Positions 17,884 to 26,331 of a stretch of 64,000 nt of DNA are shown here, piece after piece. Each line of letters starts with the position of its first letter. Position 1 is the first letter of the stretch. Where the stretch lies: the NCBI GenBank assembly GCA_963827755.1, contig CAWHCQ010000004.1, forward strand, positions 78,513 to 142,512. The letters run 5' to 3'. The notes under the pieces are model-generated. The model saw only the letters and a program-made list of their open reading frames with translations. It searched no databases and had not been told where the DNA came from. Position numbers and translations under genes: made by a program. Source of the stretch: an uncultured Gammaproteobacteria bacterium. GTDB taxonomy: Bacteria; Pseudomonadota; Gammaproteobacteria; UBA9214.

Positions 17884-18011
17884 GACCTGACAGGGTGGAC
17901 CATAAGTGCGGCTATGCGTTACCTATATATAGCATGGGGGAAAGCCCCATGGGTCAGGCTGCCTGATTTGTATGGTAAACACCGGATGCGGGCGGCACCC
18001 GGCAACGCGTA

Positions 18012-18701
18012 TTACCGATCTCCTTTCCCGGCTTCAACCCATTGCGTTGCACGTTGGGCGAGTTCGGCAGAGGATTCCAGCACCAGTTTCTGCTTGATGT
18101 GCTGGCGGTGGGATTCAATCGTCTTGATGCTCAGGGTGAGGGTCTTTGCAATCTGGCGCGTGCCCTGGCCTTCACCGATGAGTCGAAACACCTGCAACTC
18201 GCGGTCGCTGAGCGCATCCATGGACGCGTCCGCTTGCAGCGTTCGCCCGCCCAGGTATTTCGCGGAAAGCCGCGCCTCGAGCTTGTCGCCTATGTACATC
18301 TCGCCGTTAAGCACCCGGCGCATGGCAAACAACAATGTCTCGTCGAGTTGTTGCTTGGTGACATAGCCCAGGGCGCCGGCCCGCAGGGCGCGCTCGGCAT
18401 ACACCGACTCATTGTGCATCGAGAGCACCAGTGCCGGAATCTTCGGGTGGCGTTTTTTCATGGTCTTGATCAGGTCCAGGCCGTGAGAGCCATCGAGCTC
18501 CAGATCGACCAGCACCAGGTCGGGCCGGCACGCCCGGACAACCTTGAGCGCGGCCTCGCAGCAGGCGGCCTCCCCGCAGACTTCGAGGCCGGGCTCGGAC
18601 TCGATCAGGGCGGTCAGGCCGCGACGCATCATGGGATGATCGTCGACGATGAGAACCGCCTTGCTGGCCGGAGAGCCGGTTTCAGGTGTCTTCGCGTTCA
18701 T
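18012..18701 (-). CDS. Two-component response regulator, NarL/LuxR family
   Basis: Receiver domain (VLIVDDHPMMRRGL...DLVLVDLEL...) plus LuxR HTH LSDRELQVFRLIGEGQGTRQIAKTLTLSIKTIESHRQHI. Confidence 0.9.
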   Translation of the reverse strand: MNAKTPETGSPASKAVLIVDDHPMMRRGLTALIESEPGLEVCGEAACCEAALKVVRACRPDLVLVDLELDGSHGLDLIKTMKKRHPKIPALVLSMHNESVYAERALRAGALGYVTKQQLDETLLFAMRRVLNGEMYIGDKLEARLSAKYLGGRTLQADASMDALSDRELQVFRLIGEGQGTRQIAKTLTLSIKTIESHRQHIKQKLVLESSAELAQRATQWVEAGKGDR

Positions 18702-19809
18702 GGTCCGGGGCCTCGGCCGTTTCAGGCGTCTCGGGAATGGGAAAGGTGCAGCTGACCGCCGTACCGCGCAGGCTACGGCGTCGCACCTCCAGGGACCCGC
18801 CGATCAAACGCGAGCGGTAGGCCATGGTGTGCATCCCCACCCCGTCCGCCGCGCCCGCCCCCTCGGGTATGCCGACGCCATCGTCGCGGATGCGCAGCAG
18901 GCCCTCTCCATCGTTCACGCCCAGGCTGCATTCGATCCGCTCTGCGCGTCCGTGGGATACGGCATTGCTCATCGCCTCTTGCGCGATGCGATAGAGGTGC
19001 GCCTCGATCTCAGGGCAATTACAGTCCATGGGCCAGTCACACTCGAGCGTGCAGGGGATGCCAAAGCGGTCATGAATATTGAGTGCCAGGGTCTCGAGCG
19101 TCGCGTCGAGACCGGCCTTGTTCAGGCCCTGCGGGCCGAGACCGCGCGCAAGGTCGCGGGCCTCGCCGATGGCCTCGTTCAGCAGTGTGTTGATCTCGCG
19201 GGCGTCAACTGACGTGGCGGATTCAGGGCCCCGCGCCAGCTTTCTGGAAAGCGTCGCGGTGAGGGCCGCAATACCGGCCAGCGTTTGGCACAGGCCATCA
19301 TGCAGTTCCCGGCCCAGGCGTTCCTTTTCCTGGTCGACGATCTCGAGGACCTCCCGCTCCAGCCGCTTCTGGCGGGTGACGTCGCGTGCGTTGGCGTAGA
19401 TCTGTTGCCGCTCCGGCACAGGCCGCGAGTTCCACCGCAGCCAGCGATACGAGCCATTCTTGTGGCGATAGCGATTCTCGAACAGGACTACCTCGGCACT
19501 CTTGTTAAGCAGGCCAACTTGCGCCAGCGTGGCCTCGCGGTCCTCGGGGTGTACGAACTCGATGAAGGGTTTGGCCTGCAGCTCCTCCGGCGTCCAGCCC
19601 AATAGGGTCGTCCACTGCGGGTTCAAGTGCTTGAAGTATCCATCGAACCCGGCAATGCACAGCAGGTCGAGCGACTGGTCGAAGAAGCGGGTGTACTCGT
19701 CCTCGGCCCGCTCCATCCGTGCGGACTGGAGTTTCAGGTTCTCGTTCTCCCGGCGGGAGGCGTCGAGATCCTCGATGAGCTCGGCTCTTGTGGGTTGTTC
19801 TTGTTCCAT
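18682..19809 (-). CDS. Cytoplasmic PAS-domain sensor histidine kinase (HisKA_3/NarX-DegS type)
   Basis: PAS (LLCIAGFDGYFKHLNPQWTTLLGWTPEEL...RYRHKNGSYRWLRW), H-box RLGRELHDGLCQTLAGI, and ATPase G-boxes DDGVGIP...GVGMHTMAYR. It overlaps the regulator gene by 20 nt. Confidence 0.85.
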   Translation of the reverse strand: MEQEQPTRAELIEDLDASRRENENLKLQSARMERAEDEYTRFFDQSLDLLCIAGFDGYFKHLNPQWTTLLGWTPEELQAKPFIEFVHPEDREATLAQVGLLNKSAEVVLFENRYRHKNGSYRWLRWNSRPVPERQQIYANARDVTRQKRLEREVLEIVDQEKERLGRELHDGLCQTLAGIAALTATLSRKLARGPESATSVDAREINTLLNEAIGEARDLARGLGPQGLNKAGLDATLETLALNIHDRFGIPCTLECDWPMDCNCPEIEAHLYRIAQEAMSNAVSHGRAERIECSLGVNDGEGLLRIRDDGVGIPEGAGAADGVGMHTMAYRSRLIGGSLEVRRRSLRGTAVSCTFPIPETPETAEAPDHEREDT

Positions 19810-20324
19810 TTTCGAGTCGGGCTTCGTTTATTGTTAGGGGAGCGTGTTGGGTAGCATAACCTACCCGCATATATGAAAGGTAATAGTCATTTCCCGTCAA
19901 GGCCTGCTTGTTGAATAGCCACCGACCTCGCTATTCACCCCAGAATAGACCGCTGCCCCACATATTACAGGGGTCGATGCCGATCAGGCCTAAAGCACCT
20001 ACTTTTGGTGAAAACCCGCCTCAACCACCGGGCCCAGGCCATCGTAGCCTGGCGCTTCATAGCCGAGTTTGGGTCAGCGGCTGAGCGAGCACTTGGCGGA
20101 ATGGTCATTTTCGAAGTGTCGGTGTTGTAGATCGCAACCAGGTTATGAATGTCTCCTTTTCTATAAACTTGCCGTTCAGAACTGTAACCGGGAATGGCTG
20201 GAGTTGGCCGATAGTCGCCAACCAGGAGCCCTGCATCAGCTGGGTTTTCTGTGAACGTGGAACGGCAACTTTTCCGAAAGAGGACATTTAGCAAGTCAGC
20301 ATGGACAGACTATCTGTTTTATCC

Positions 20325-20578
20325 CCCATAGGCGCAGCCGAGCATCGCAGTGAAAACCGGATGAAGCATGCGCCCTGTTTGAGCTTTCGAGCGCAGCGAG
20401 ATTGCGAGTTGCGCATGCGCCGGTTTTCGCGAGAAGCGCATGGGCAAGCCTGCGAAGCGGGCTTGTAGATCAAGTAGCGGGCAAGCCTTCGGGCCGCCTT
20501 TCTTTTGGATACGTTTCTTTGGCGCAGCAAAGAAAAGTATCTCGCCGTGCGCGACCAGCGAAAGCCCGCATCAAATAA
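20325..20578 (-). repeat. Structured approx. 254-nt repeat, copy B (inverted relative to copy A, no 48-nt insert)
   Basis: The reverse complement aligns to 8990-9017 plus 9066-9291 with 4 mismatches. It lies 26 nt beyond the stop of the amidotransferase gene. Confidence 0.8.
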
Positions 20579-20604
20579 AACTCTTCGCCCGCCAGGGCAA
20601 AACC

Positions 20605-21313
20605 CTAACCACGCAGTGGTTCCAGCCAGCGCCGGTACAAAACATCCGCCACCTGTTGTGCTGCGGTAATTCTTTGCTCCAGTCCCTCGGTCATCTGTTG
20701 CTGCCGATTGCACGCTGGCTGCCGGATCATCGAGTTCGTCTGCATAAAGCGTTGCCCATTCACGCACCATGGCGGCGGTCATCTCCACGTGGCATTGCAG
20801 GGCGAGGGTGTTGCCTGCTGGCAAAGGCCTGGTTGCTGCAGTGGTCGTTCTCCAGTGATCACCTCGGCCCCGGCCGGAATGGAGAAGGTTTCGCCATGCC
20901 AGTGAAACAGCGTGGTTTCATCTGGCAGTCCGTCGAGCCAGCGTTGCGCTGTCGGGTTGTCACATTTGCGCACCGGGTGCCAGCCGATTTCCCTTGGCGG
21001 GTTTTTTGTCACCTCACCGCCCAGTGCCTTGCTGATCAGCTGGCCACCCAGGCAGTGCCCGAGTACCGGCATGCTCTCGTGCCTGTGCCATCCGGATCAG
21101 GGCCAGTTCCTGTTCGATCCAGGGCAGGGGGTCGTTGACACTCATTGGACCACCCATGAAGACCAGACCGGAACAGTCATCAATATGCCGGGGCAACGGT
21201 TCGCCCCGGTCAATGGCGATCAGCCTGAAAGGAACCTTTTCACGCGCCAGTACCTCTGACAGGTATCCGGGGCCTTCACAGTCGATGTGGCGAAATATAT
21301 ACAGAGGTTTCAT
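20605..21313 (-). pseudogene. Class I glutamine amidotransferase (GMP-synthase-like GATase1), frame broken about four times
   Basis: Successive frames read MKPLYIFRHIDCEGPGYL...LVFMGGPMSVND, then MPVLGHCLGGQLISKALGG (Cys nucleophile), then ENDHCSNQAFA, then GNTLALQCHVEMTAAMVREW (His-Glu motif), then QQMTEGLEQRITAAQQVADVLYRRWLEPLRG-stop. Every shift behaves as one extra base. Confidence 0.7.
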
Positions 21314-21343
21314 AATCAGGGCACGGCAGCCGATAGGTAACAG

Positions 21344-22003
21344 ATGATGGCATTATCCAGAATTTCCCGGGCTCTCCTAGTGCTGTGGCTAGGCGGTTTG
21401 AATCAATCCGCGCAGGCGGGTACCGATGTACGTGTTGTCGGCTTGTTCAGCGAACGTGCCGTGGTGGTGGTCAACGGCAAGCAGCATATTCTGAGAGTGG
21501 GGCAGAGTACGCCGCAAGGCGTCAGGCTGCTTGCGGCGGACAGTGAATCAGCAGATCTCGAGATAGACGGTAAAGTGGTCAGGGCGCGGCTGGATGGACG
21601 CATCACCGCAAGCAAGCAAACGCCCGGCGCGAAGGAATTTCATATCTCACGCAACACCCGGGGGATGTATTCAACGGTGGGCAGTATCAATGGTTTGACG
21701 GTTTCATTCCTGGTCGATACCGGTGCCACGCTCCTTTCCCTGAATGCAGCCGAGGCCCGGCGCCTGGGCATAGACTTCCGCGTGGTTGGTACGCCAACGA
21801 CGGTCACCACGGCCTCGGGTGTCGAACGCGCCTGGGGTGTCGTCCTGGATACCGTCAAGGTTGGCGAACTGGAGTTGCGTAATGTAGGGGCAGTGGTACT
21901 CGAGGGTCCCCAGCCTGAACAGGCCCTGCTGGGTATGAGTTATCTCGGTCGACTGGAGATGTCCAACAGTGGTCGCTTGATGACCTTGCGCAAAAAGTAC
22001 TAG
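21344..22003 (+). CDS. Retropepsin-like (clan AA) aspartic protease, TIGR02281-type
   Basis: Signal/TM N-terminus. Catalytic motif FLVDTGATLLSLN and typical C-terminus LLGMSYLGRL. Confidence 0.75.
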   Translation: MMALSRISRALLVLWLGGLNQSAQAGTDVRVVGLFSERAVVVVNGKQHILRVGQSTPQGVRLLAADSESADLEIDGKVVRARLDGRITASKQTPGAKEFHISRNTRGMYSTVGSINGLTVSFLVDTGATLLSLNAAEARRLGIDFRVVGTPTTVTTASGVERAWGVVLDTVKVGELELRNVGAVVLEGPQPEQALLGMSYLGRLEMSNSGRLMTLRKKY

Positions 22004-22035
22004 GCCTGCGAAAAGAAGTGCCTATGTCGCCTGGT

Positions 22036-22123
22036 AGGATGGGTAAAGGAGCAAAGCGACGTACCCGTCAATGCACGACGCAAACCATTCACCCCTGACG
22101 GGTACGCTGCGCTTTACCCGTCC
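22036..22123. repeat. REP-like long imperfect hairpin in the convergent intergenic region
   Basis: AGGATGGGTAAAGGAGCAAAGCGACGTACCCGTCA ... TGACGGGTACGCTGCGCTTTACCCGTCCT. The arms are about 30 nt, complementary with a few mismatches, and about 25 nt apart. Confidence 0.5.
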
Positions 22124-22137
22124 TGCTAAAAGCAGGC

Positions 22138-22959
22138 TTAATCAGCTGTGTTCTTCGTGTGCTCGATCAGGGCGTAGGCTGAATGGTTGTGAATGGACTC
22201 GAAGTTTTCGGATTCCACCGTATATGAAGTGATACGCTCATCATTATTGAGGCGGGTGGCAATGTCGCGCACCATGTCTTCAACAAACTTCGGATTGTTA
22301 TAGGCCCTTTCTGTCACGTACTTCTCATCCGGACGCTTCAACAGGCCATAGAGTTCACAGGAAGCCTCTTCCTCGACGAGATCGATCAAATCCTCAATCC
22401 AGACAAAGCCGTGTGTTTCCGCGTTGATGGTCACATGCGAGCGCTGGTTATGTGCGCCGTAGTCGGATATTTTCTTGGAGCAGGGGCACAGGCTGGTGAC
22501 CGGGACAACAACCTTGACGTTCATTTTCGGTTCGCCATCGATAAACTTGCCAATGAGACTGACTTCATAGTCCAGCAGGCTTTCAACACCCGAAACCGGG
22601 GCTGCCTTGTTGATGAAATAGCTGAAGCTCATCTCGATGTGGCCTGAATCGGCCTCCAGGCGATCGGTCATTTCGCTGAGCATTTCCTTGAACGAGTCCA
22701 CCGTGATTTCGCGTTCATGGAGATTGAGAATCTCGACAAAGCGCGACATGTGCGTGCCTTTGAAGTTGTGCGGCAGATTGACGTACATGTTGAAGTTTGC
22801 GATGGTATGCTGTTCGCCGCCGGCGCGGTCTTTAACCCGTACCGGGTGACGAATATCCTTGATGCCCACCTTGTCGATGGGAATCTGCCGTGTATCGGGT
22901 CTGTTTTGCACGTCGGCAATGGTTGCTTCAGCCTTGTGTGCCATTTCACTTGCTTTCAT
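22138..22959 (-). CDS. folE2: GTP cyclohydrolase FolE2 (type IB)
   Basis: 273-aa [28 protein letters not shown]...[14 protein letters not shown]...TSLCPCSK is typical of FolE2/MptA. Confidence 0.9.
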   Translation of the reverse strand: MKASEMAHKAEATIADVQNRPDTRQIPIDKVGIKDIRHPVRVKDRAGGEQHTIANFNMYVNLPHNFKGTHMSRFVEILNLHEREITVDSFKEMLSEMTDRLEADSGHIEMSFSYFINKAAPVSGVESLLDYEVSLIGKFIDGEPKMNVKVVVPVTSLCPCSKKISDYGAHNQRSHVTINAETHGFVWIEDLIDLVEEEASCELYGLLKRPDEKYVTERAYNNPKFVEDMVRDIATRLNNDERITSYTVESENFESIHNHSAYALIEHTKNTAD

Positions 22960-23157
22960 CAGTCTTTGTCCGGGTAGATGTCAGAACGGCCTGAGTTTTC
23001 TTTTTCCCAGCCTACCCGCCGCTGCAGGGCATGCCTACATGTCCGAAGGGGTAGCGGCAGTTTGGCGGGTGTTGCGCTTCAATTCCTGAGTAGAATGGCA
23101 GGATATTACCCCAGCGCCGGTGGCCGTGCAATTGACGAGACGTGCAGGTTCCTTGTT

Positions 23158-24063
23158 TTATCTTTCTCTTTCAATAATATAGAGTGATATCCGGCGCAGC
23201 GGATCGGCGCCGGCATCGAAGCCGGAGAGGCTGTCCATCGCCTCGGCATGCAACTCGGCGGTGCGCTGGCGGGCGGCATCCAGTCCGATCAGTGCCGGGT
23301 AGGTCGATTTTTCAGCGGATTGGTCGGCACCCGGATTCTTCCCGAGGGTGGCGGCCTCACCTTCGACATCAAGAATATCGTCGCGTATCTGGAACGCCAG
23401 GCCGATGCACTTTGCATAGTGGTCGAGTTTTTCCAGCTGCTCACTGTCGGAGTTTTCAGCATTCATGGCCCCGAGTACCAGGCTGGCCCGAATCAGGGCA
23501 CCTGTCTTGTGAATGTGCATATCCTCGAGTTCGGCGATATTTTGTGACCGCCCTGTTGCGGCCAGGTCAATCGCCTGTCCGCCAGCCATGCCGCGGGAGC
23601 CGGCAGCGAGTGCCAGGGTCCTGATCATTTTCAGCCGCGTACCGTCCCCGATGCCGGCAGTGGTGTTGTTCGCAAGCACCTGGAAAGCCAGCGATTGCAA
23701 TGCATCACCGGCAAGGATGGCGGTGGATTCATCAAAGGCGCGGTGACAGCTGGCCCTGCCGCGGCGCAGGTCGTCATTATCCATGGCCGGCAGGTCATCA
23801 TGAATCAGGGAATAGGCATGGATGAATTCAATTGCACAGGCAGGTGCATCAAGTGTTTCCTGCCCGGCGCCGACGGCAAGGCCACTGGCATATACCAGTG
23901 CCGGGCGAATGCGTTTACCGTCACTCAGCACCGCGTAACGCATGGCCTCATGCAGGTGGGCGGGATGCGTCGTTGCGGCCGGCAGCAACTGTTCCAGGTG
24001 CTTGTCCAGGCGTGCGCGGCATTGCGCCAGGAACGCCGTCAGTTGCGGATCAGTTGTCTTCAC
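23158..24063 (-). CDS. ispA: (2E,6E)-farnesyl diphosphate synthase
   Basis: The two Asp-rich motifs LIHDDLPAMDNDDLRRG and FQIRDDILD. The start overlaps the xseB stop. Confidence 0.9.
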   Translation of the reverse strand: MKTTDPQLTAFLAQCRARLDKHLEQLLPAATTHPAHLHEAMRYAVLSDGKRIRPALVYASGLAVGAGQETLDAPACAIEFIHAYSLIHDDLPAMDNDDLRRGRASCHRAFDESTAILAGDALQSLAFQVLANNTTAGIGDGTRLKMIRTLALAAGSRGMAGGQAIDLAATGRSQNIAELEDMHIHKTGALIRASLVLGAMNAENSDSEQLEKLDHYAKCIGLAFQIRDDILDVEGEAATLGKNPGADQSAEKSTYPALIGLDAARQRTAELHAEAMDSLSGFDAGADPLRRISLYIIERER

Positions 24064-24292
24064 TGTCGAACGCTGTGATTTCGTCCTGGCCGCTTTTCTG
24101 CATCAGGATTTCAACCTTCTGTTCGGCTTCTTTAAGTGCCTTTTGACAGGCGCGGGACAGTGCTACGCCACGTTCAAAGTGGCTCAGGGAGTCTTCCAGG
24201 CTGAGGTCGCCCTGTTCCATCTTTTCAACAAGGGTTTCGAGTTCTTTCAGGGATTGCTCGAAACCGGGCGTCTCTGTACTTTTTTTTGCCAT
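24050..24292 (-). CDS. xseB: Exodeoxyribonuclease VII small subunit
   Basis: 80-aa ORF. FEQSLKELETLVEKMEQGDLSLEDSLSHFERGVALSRACQKAL is typical XseB. Confidence 0.9.
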   Translation of the reverse strand: MAKKSTETPGFEQSLKELETLVEKMEQGDLSLEDSLSHFERGVALSRACQKALKEAEQKVEILMQKSGQDEITAFDSEDN

Positions 24293-24382
24293 CGCTTGTA
24301 TCTTCCTGATAATCGGCTTAACTTACTCCACCCGGGCAAGAAGGGTCAATTCAGGGGCCGTCTTTTTTCGCCACGTGCAGGG

Positions 24383-24430
24383 TTGACGACCGCGGCTTCC
24401 CCGGCTAGTATTTAGACACATTCTAAATAC
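24383..24430 (+). promoter_or_regulatory. Candidate sigma-70 promoter with overlapping palindromic operator upstream of rubrerythrin
   Basis: -35 TTGACG (24383-24388), 17-nt spacer, -10 TAGTAT (24406-24411). The perfect inverted repeat GTATTTAGA-CACAT-TCTAAATAC (24408-24430) overlaps the -10. Confidence 0.35.
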
Positions 24431-24481
24431 AAACAGGATCAAGTCTCCACCAAAAATCACCATTCAAACGAGGTACTTATT

Positions 24482-24901
24482 ATGGATCTAAAAGGCAGCA
24501 CAACTGAACAGAATCTCAAAGACGCGTTCTCCGGTGAGTCCCAGGCCAACCGCCGCTACCTGTATTTTGCCGCCAAGGCCGATGTCGAAGGCTACAACGA
24601 TGTTGCTGCCGTGTTCCGTTCCACCGCTGAAGGCGAGACGGGGCATGCGCATGGTCACCTGGAATATCTCGAGCAGGTTGGTGATCCCGCAACCGGTTTA
24701 CCGATCGGACCTACGGCCAGCAACCTGAAGGCCGCCATTGCCGGTGAAACACACGAGTACACCGATATGTATCCGGGTATGGCGAAGTCGGCGCGTGATG
24801 AAAGCTTCGATGAAATTGCGGACTGGTTCGAGACACTGGCCAAGGCCGAGCGCTCGCATGCGAACCGATTTCAGAAGGCCCTGGACAATCTTAACGACTA
24901 G
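24482..24901 (+). CDS. Rubrerythrin-family ferritin-like di-iron protein (no rubredoxin domain)
   Basis: MDLKGSTTEQNLKDAFSGESQANRRYLYFA...EGETGHAHGHLEYL...GETHEYTDMYP...ERSHANRF contains the ExxH di-iron ligand pairs. Confidence 0.85.
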   Translation: MDLKGSTTEQNLKDAFSGESQANRRYLYFAAKADVEGYNDVAAVFRSTAEGETGHAHGHLEYLEQVGDPATGLPIGPTASNLKAAIAGETHEYTDMYPGMAKSARDESFDEIADWFETLAKAERSHANRFQKALDNLND

Positions 24902-24919
24902 GATCAGTTGAATCCGGAC

Positions 24920-24950
24920 AAAGGGCCGGTCTATCCGGCCCTTTCTTGTT
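24920..24950 (+). terminator. Hairpin/attenuating terminator between rubrerythrin and the Fe-S gene
   Basis: AAAGGGCCGG-TCTAT-CCGGCCCTTT (10-bp perfect stem) followed by CTTGTT. Confidence 0.55.
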
Positions 24951-24977
24951 GACCTCCAATAACCAGGAACGACGGCA

Positions 24978-26326
24978 ATGGGATCAAATACTGAAGGTAG
25001 CCGGGAAGGAAGCCTGCAGGCACCGATACGGCATCCGCTGGACTGGACCGCCCCGTCTTTCTATGACGAAGAGAGCCTGTTCACGGAACTCGAACGGGTC
25101 TACGACATCTGCCATGGATGCCGTCGCTGTTTCAGCCTGTGTAATGCCTTTCCAACCCTGTTTGATGCCATTGATGAATCCGACACCATGGAGCTCGATG
25201 GTGTCGCCCGGGAAGTGTACTGGGACGTGGTTGACCACTGTTACCTGTGTGACATGTGCTACATGAGCAAGTGCCCCTACGTACCGCCGCATGAGTGGAA
25301 TGTCGATTTTCCCCATCTCATGTTGCGGGCCAAGGCAGTAAAATTCAAAAAAGGCAAGACACGTTTTCGCGACAGGGTGCTGACGTCAACGGATACTGTC
25401 GGCAAGCTTGCCGGAATACCGATCGTGGCACAGGTGGTGAATGCCTCTAACCGCAGCAAGCTGGGCCGCAAGTTGCTGAAGACGGCGCTTGATGTTCATC
25501 CGGACGCGGTATTGCCTGAATACAATTCACGGACCCTGCGCAAACGGCTTGGCAACACGGCACAGGCCGGTATGGACGTGCGAACCGGCCGGGCCGACGA
25601 CCGGCAAGGTCGTCCTGTTTGCTACCTGTTATGGCAACTACAACGAGCCGGGGATCGGCCAGGACCTGGCGGCGATTTTTGCGCACAACGATATCCCGTT
25701 GACCCTGGCAGGCAAGGAACGCTGTTGCGGCATGCCGAAACTGGAACTCGGTGACCTGGATAGCGTCAAGGCAGCGCGTGATGCCAATATCCCCGAACTG
25801 GCCAGGCTGGTCGATGAGGGCTGGGACATCGTGGCGCCCGTGCCTTCCTGCGTATTGATGTTCAAGCAGGAATTGCCATTGATGTTTCCGGATGATGCGA
25901 GTGTTGCTAAAAGTGAAGGATGCGATTTTTGACCCGTTTGAATACCTTATGCTGCGGCATAAACATGAAAAGCTGAAAACCGACTTCAGGGAACCGCTTG
26001 GCAAGATCGCCTGGCATGTGGCCTGCCATCTGCGGGTACAGAATATCGGTATGAAAACCCGTGATCTTCTCGAACTGATACCGGAGACCAGTGTCGAGCC
26101 CATCGAGCGCTGTTCCGGGCATGATGGTACCTATGCCGTTAAAAGCGAATTTCACGAGATATCGATGAAAATTTGCAAGCCGGTTGTGAGCCGGGTGCAG
26201 AAATCCGGGGCGGACCATTACAGCAGTGATTGCCCCATGGCCGGCCATCAAATCAGGAACGGCCTGGCTGATGACAGTGCACCGCTGCATCCGTTGACAT
26301 TGTTACGCATGGCGTACGGAGTATAG
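24978..26326 (+). CDS. (Fe-S)-binding oxidoreductase with 4Fe-4S dicluster and CCG domains (HdrD/GlpC-like), frame broken twice in this assembly
   Basis: CHGCRRCFSLCNAFP and CYLCDMCYMSKCP ferredoxin motifs in frame 1. VVLFATCYGNYNEPGIG...CCGMP (CCG domain) in frame 2. WHVACHLR...ERCSGHDGTY...SDCPMAG in frame 3. Shifts lie near 25575 and at the AAAA run at about 25908. Confidence 0.75.
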
Positions 26327-26331
26327 ATACC

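Noticed and set aside
19965-20294. 109-aa ORF next to repeat copy B as a possible transposase or integrase fragment marking the island edge.
   Set aside because: I can see no DDE, tyrosine-recombinase or Y2 motifs. Overlapping alternative frames look equally plausible. I report it only as a possibly decayed region.
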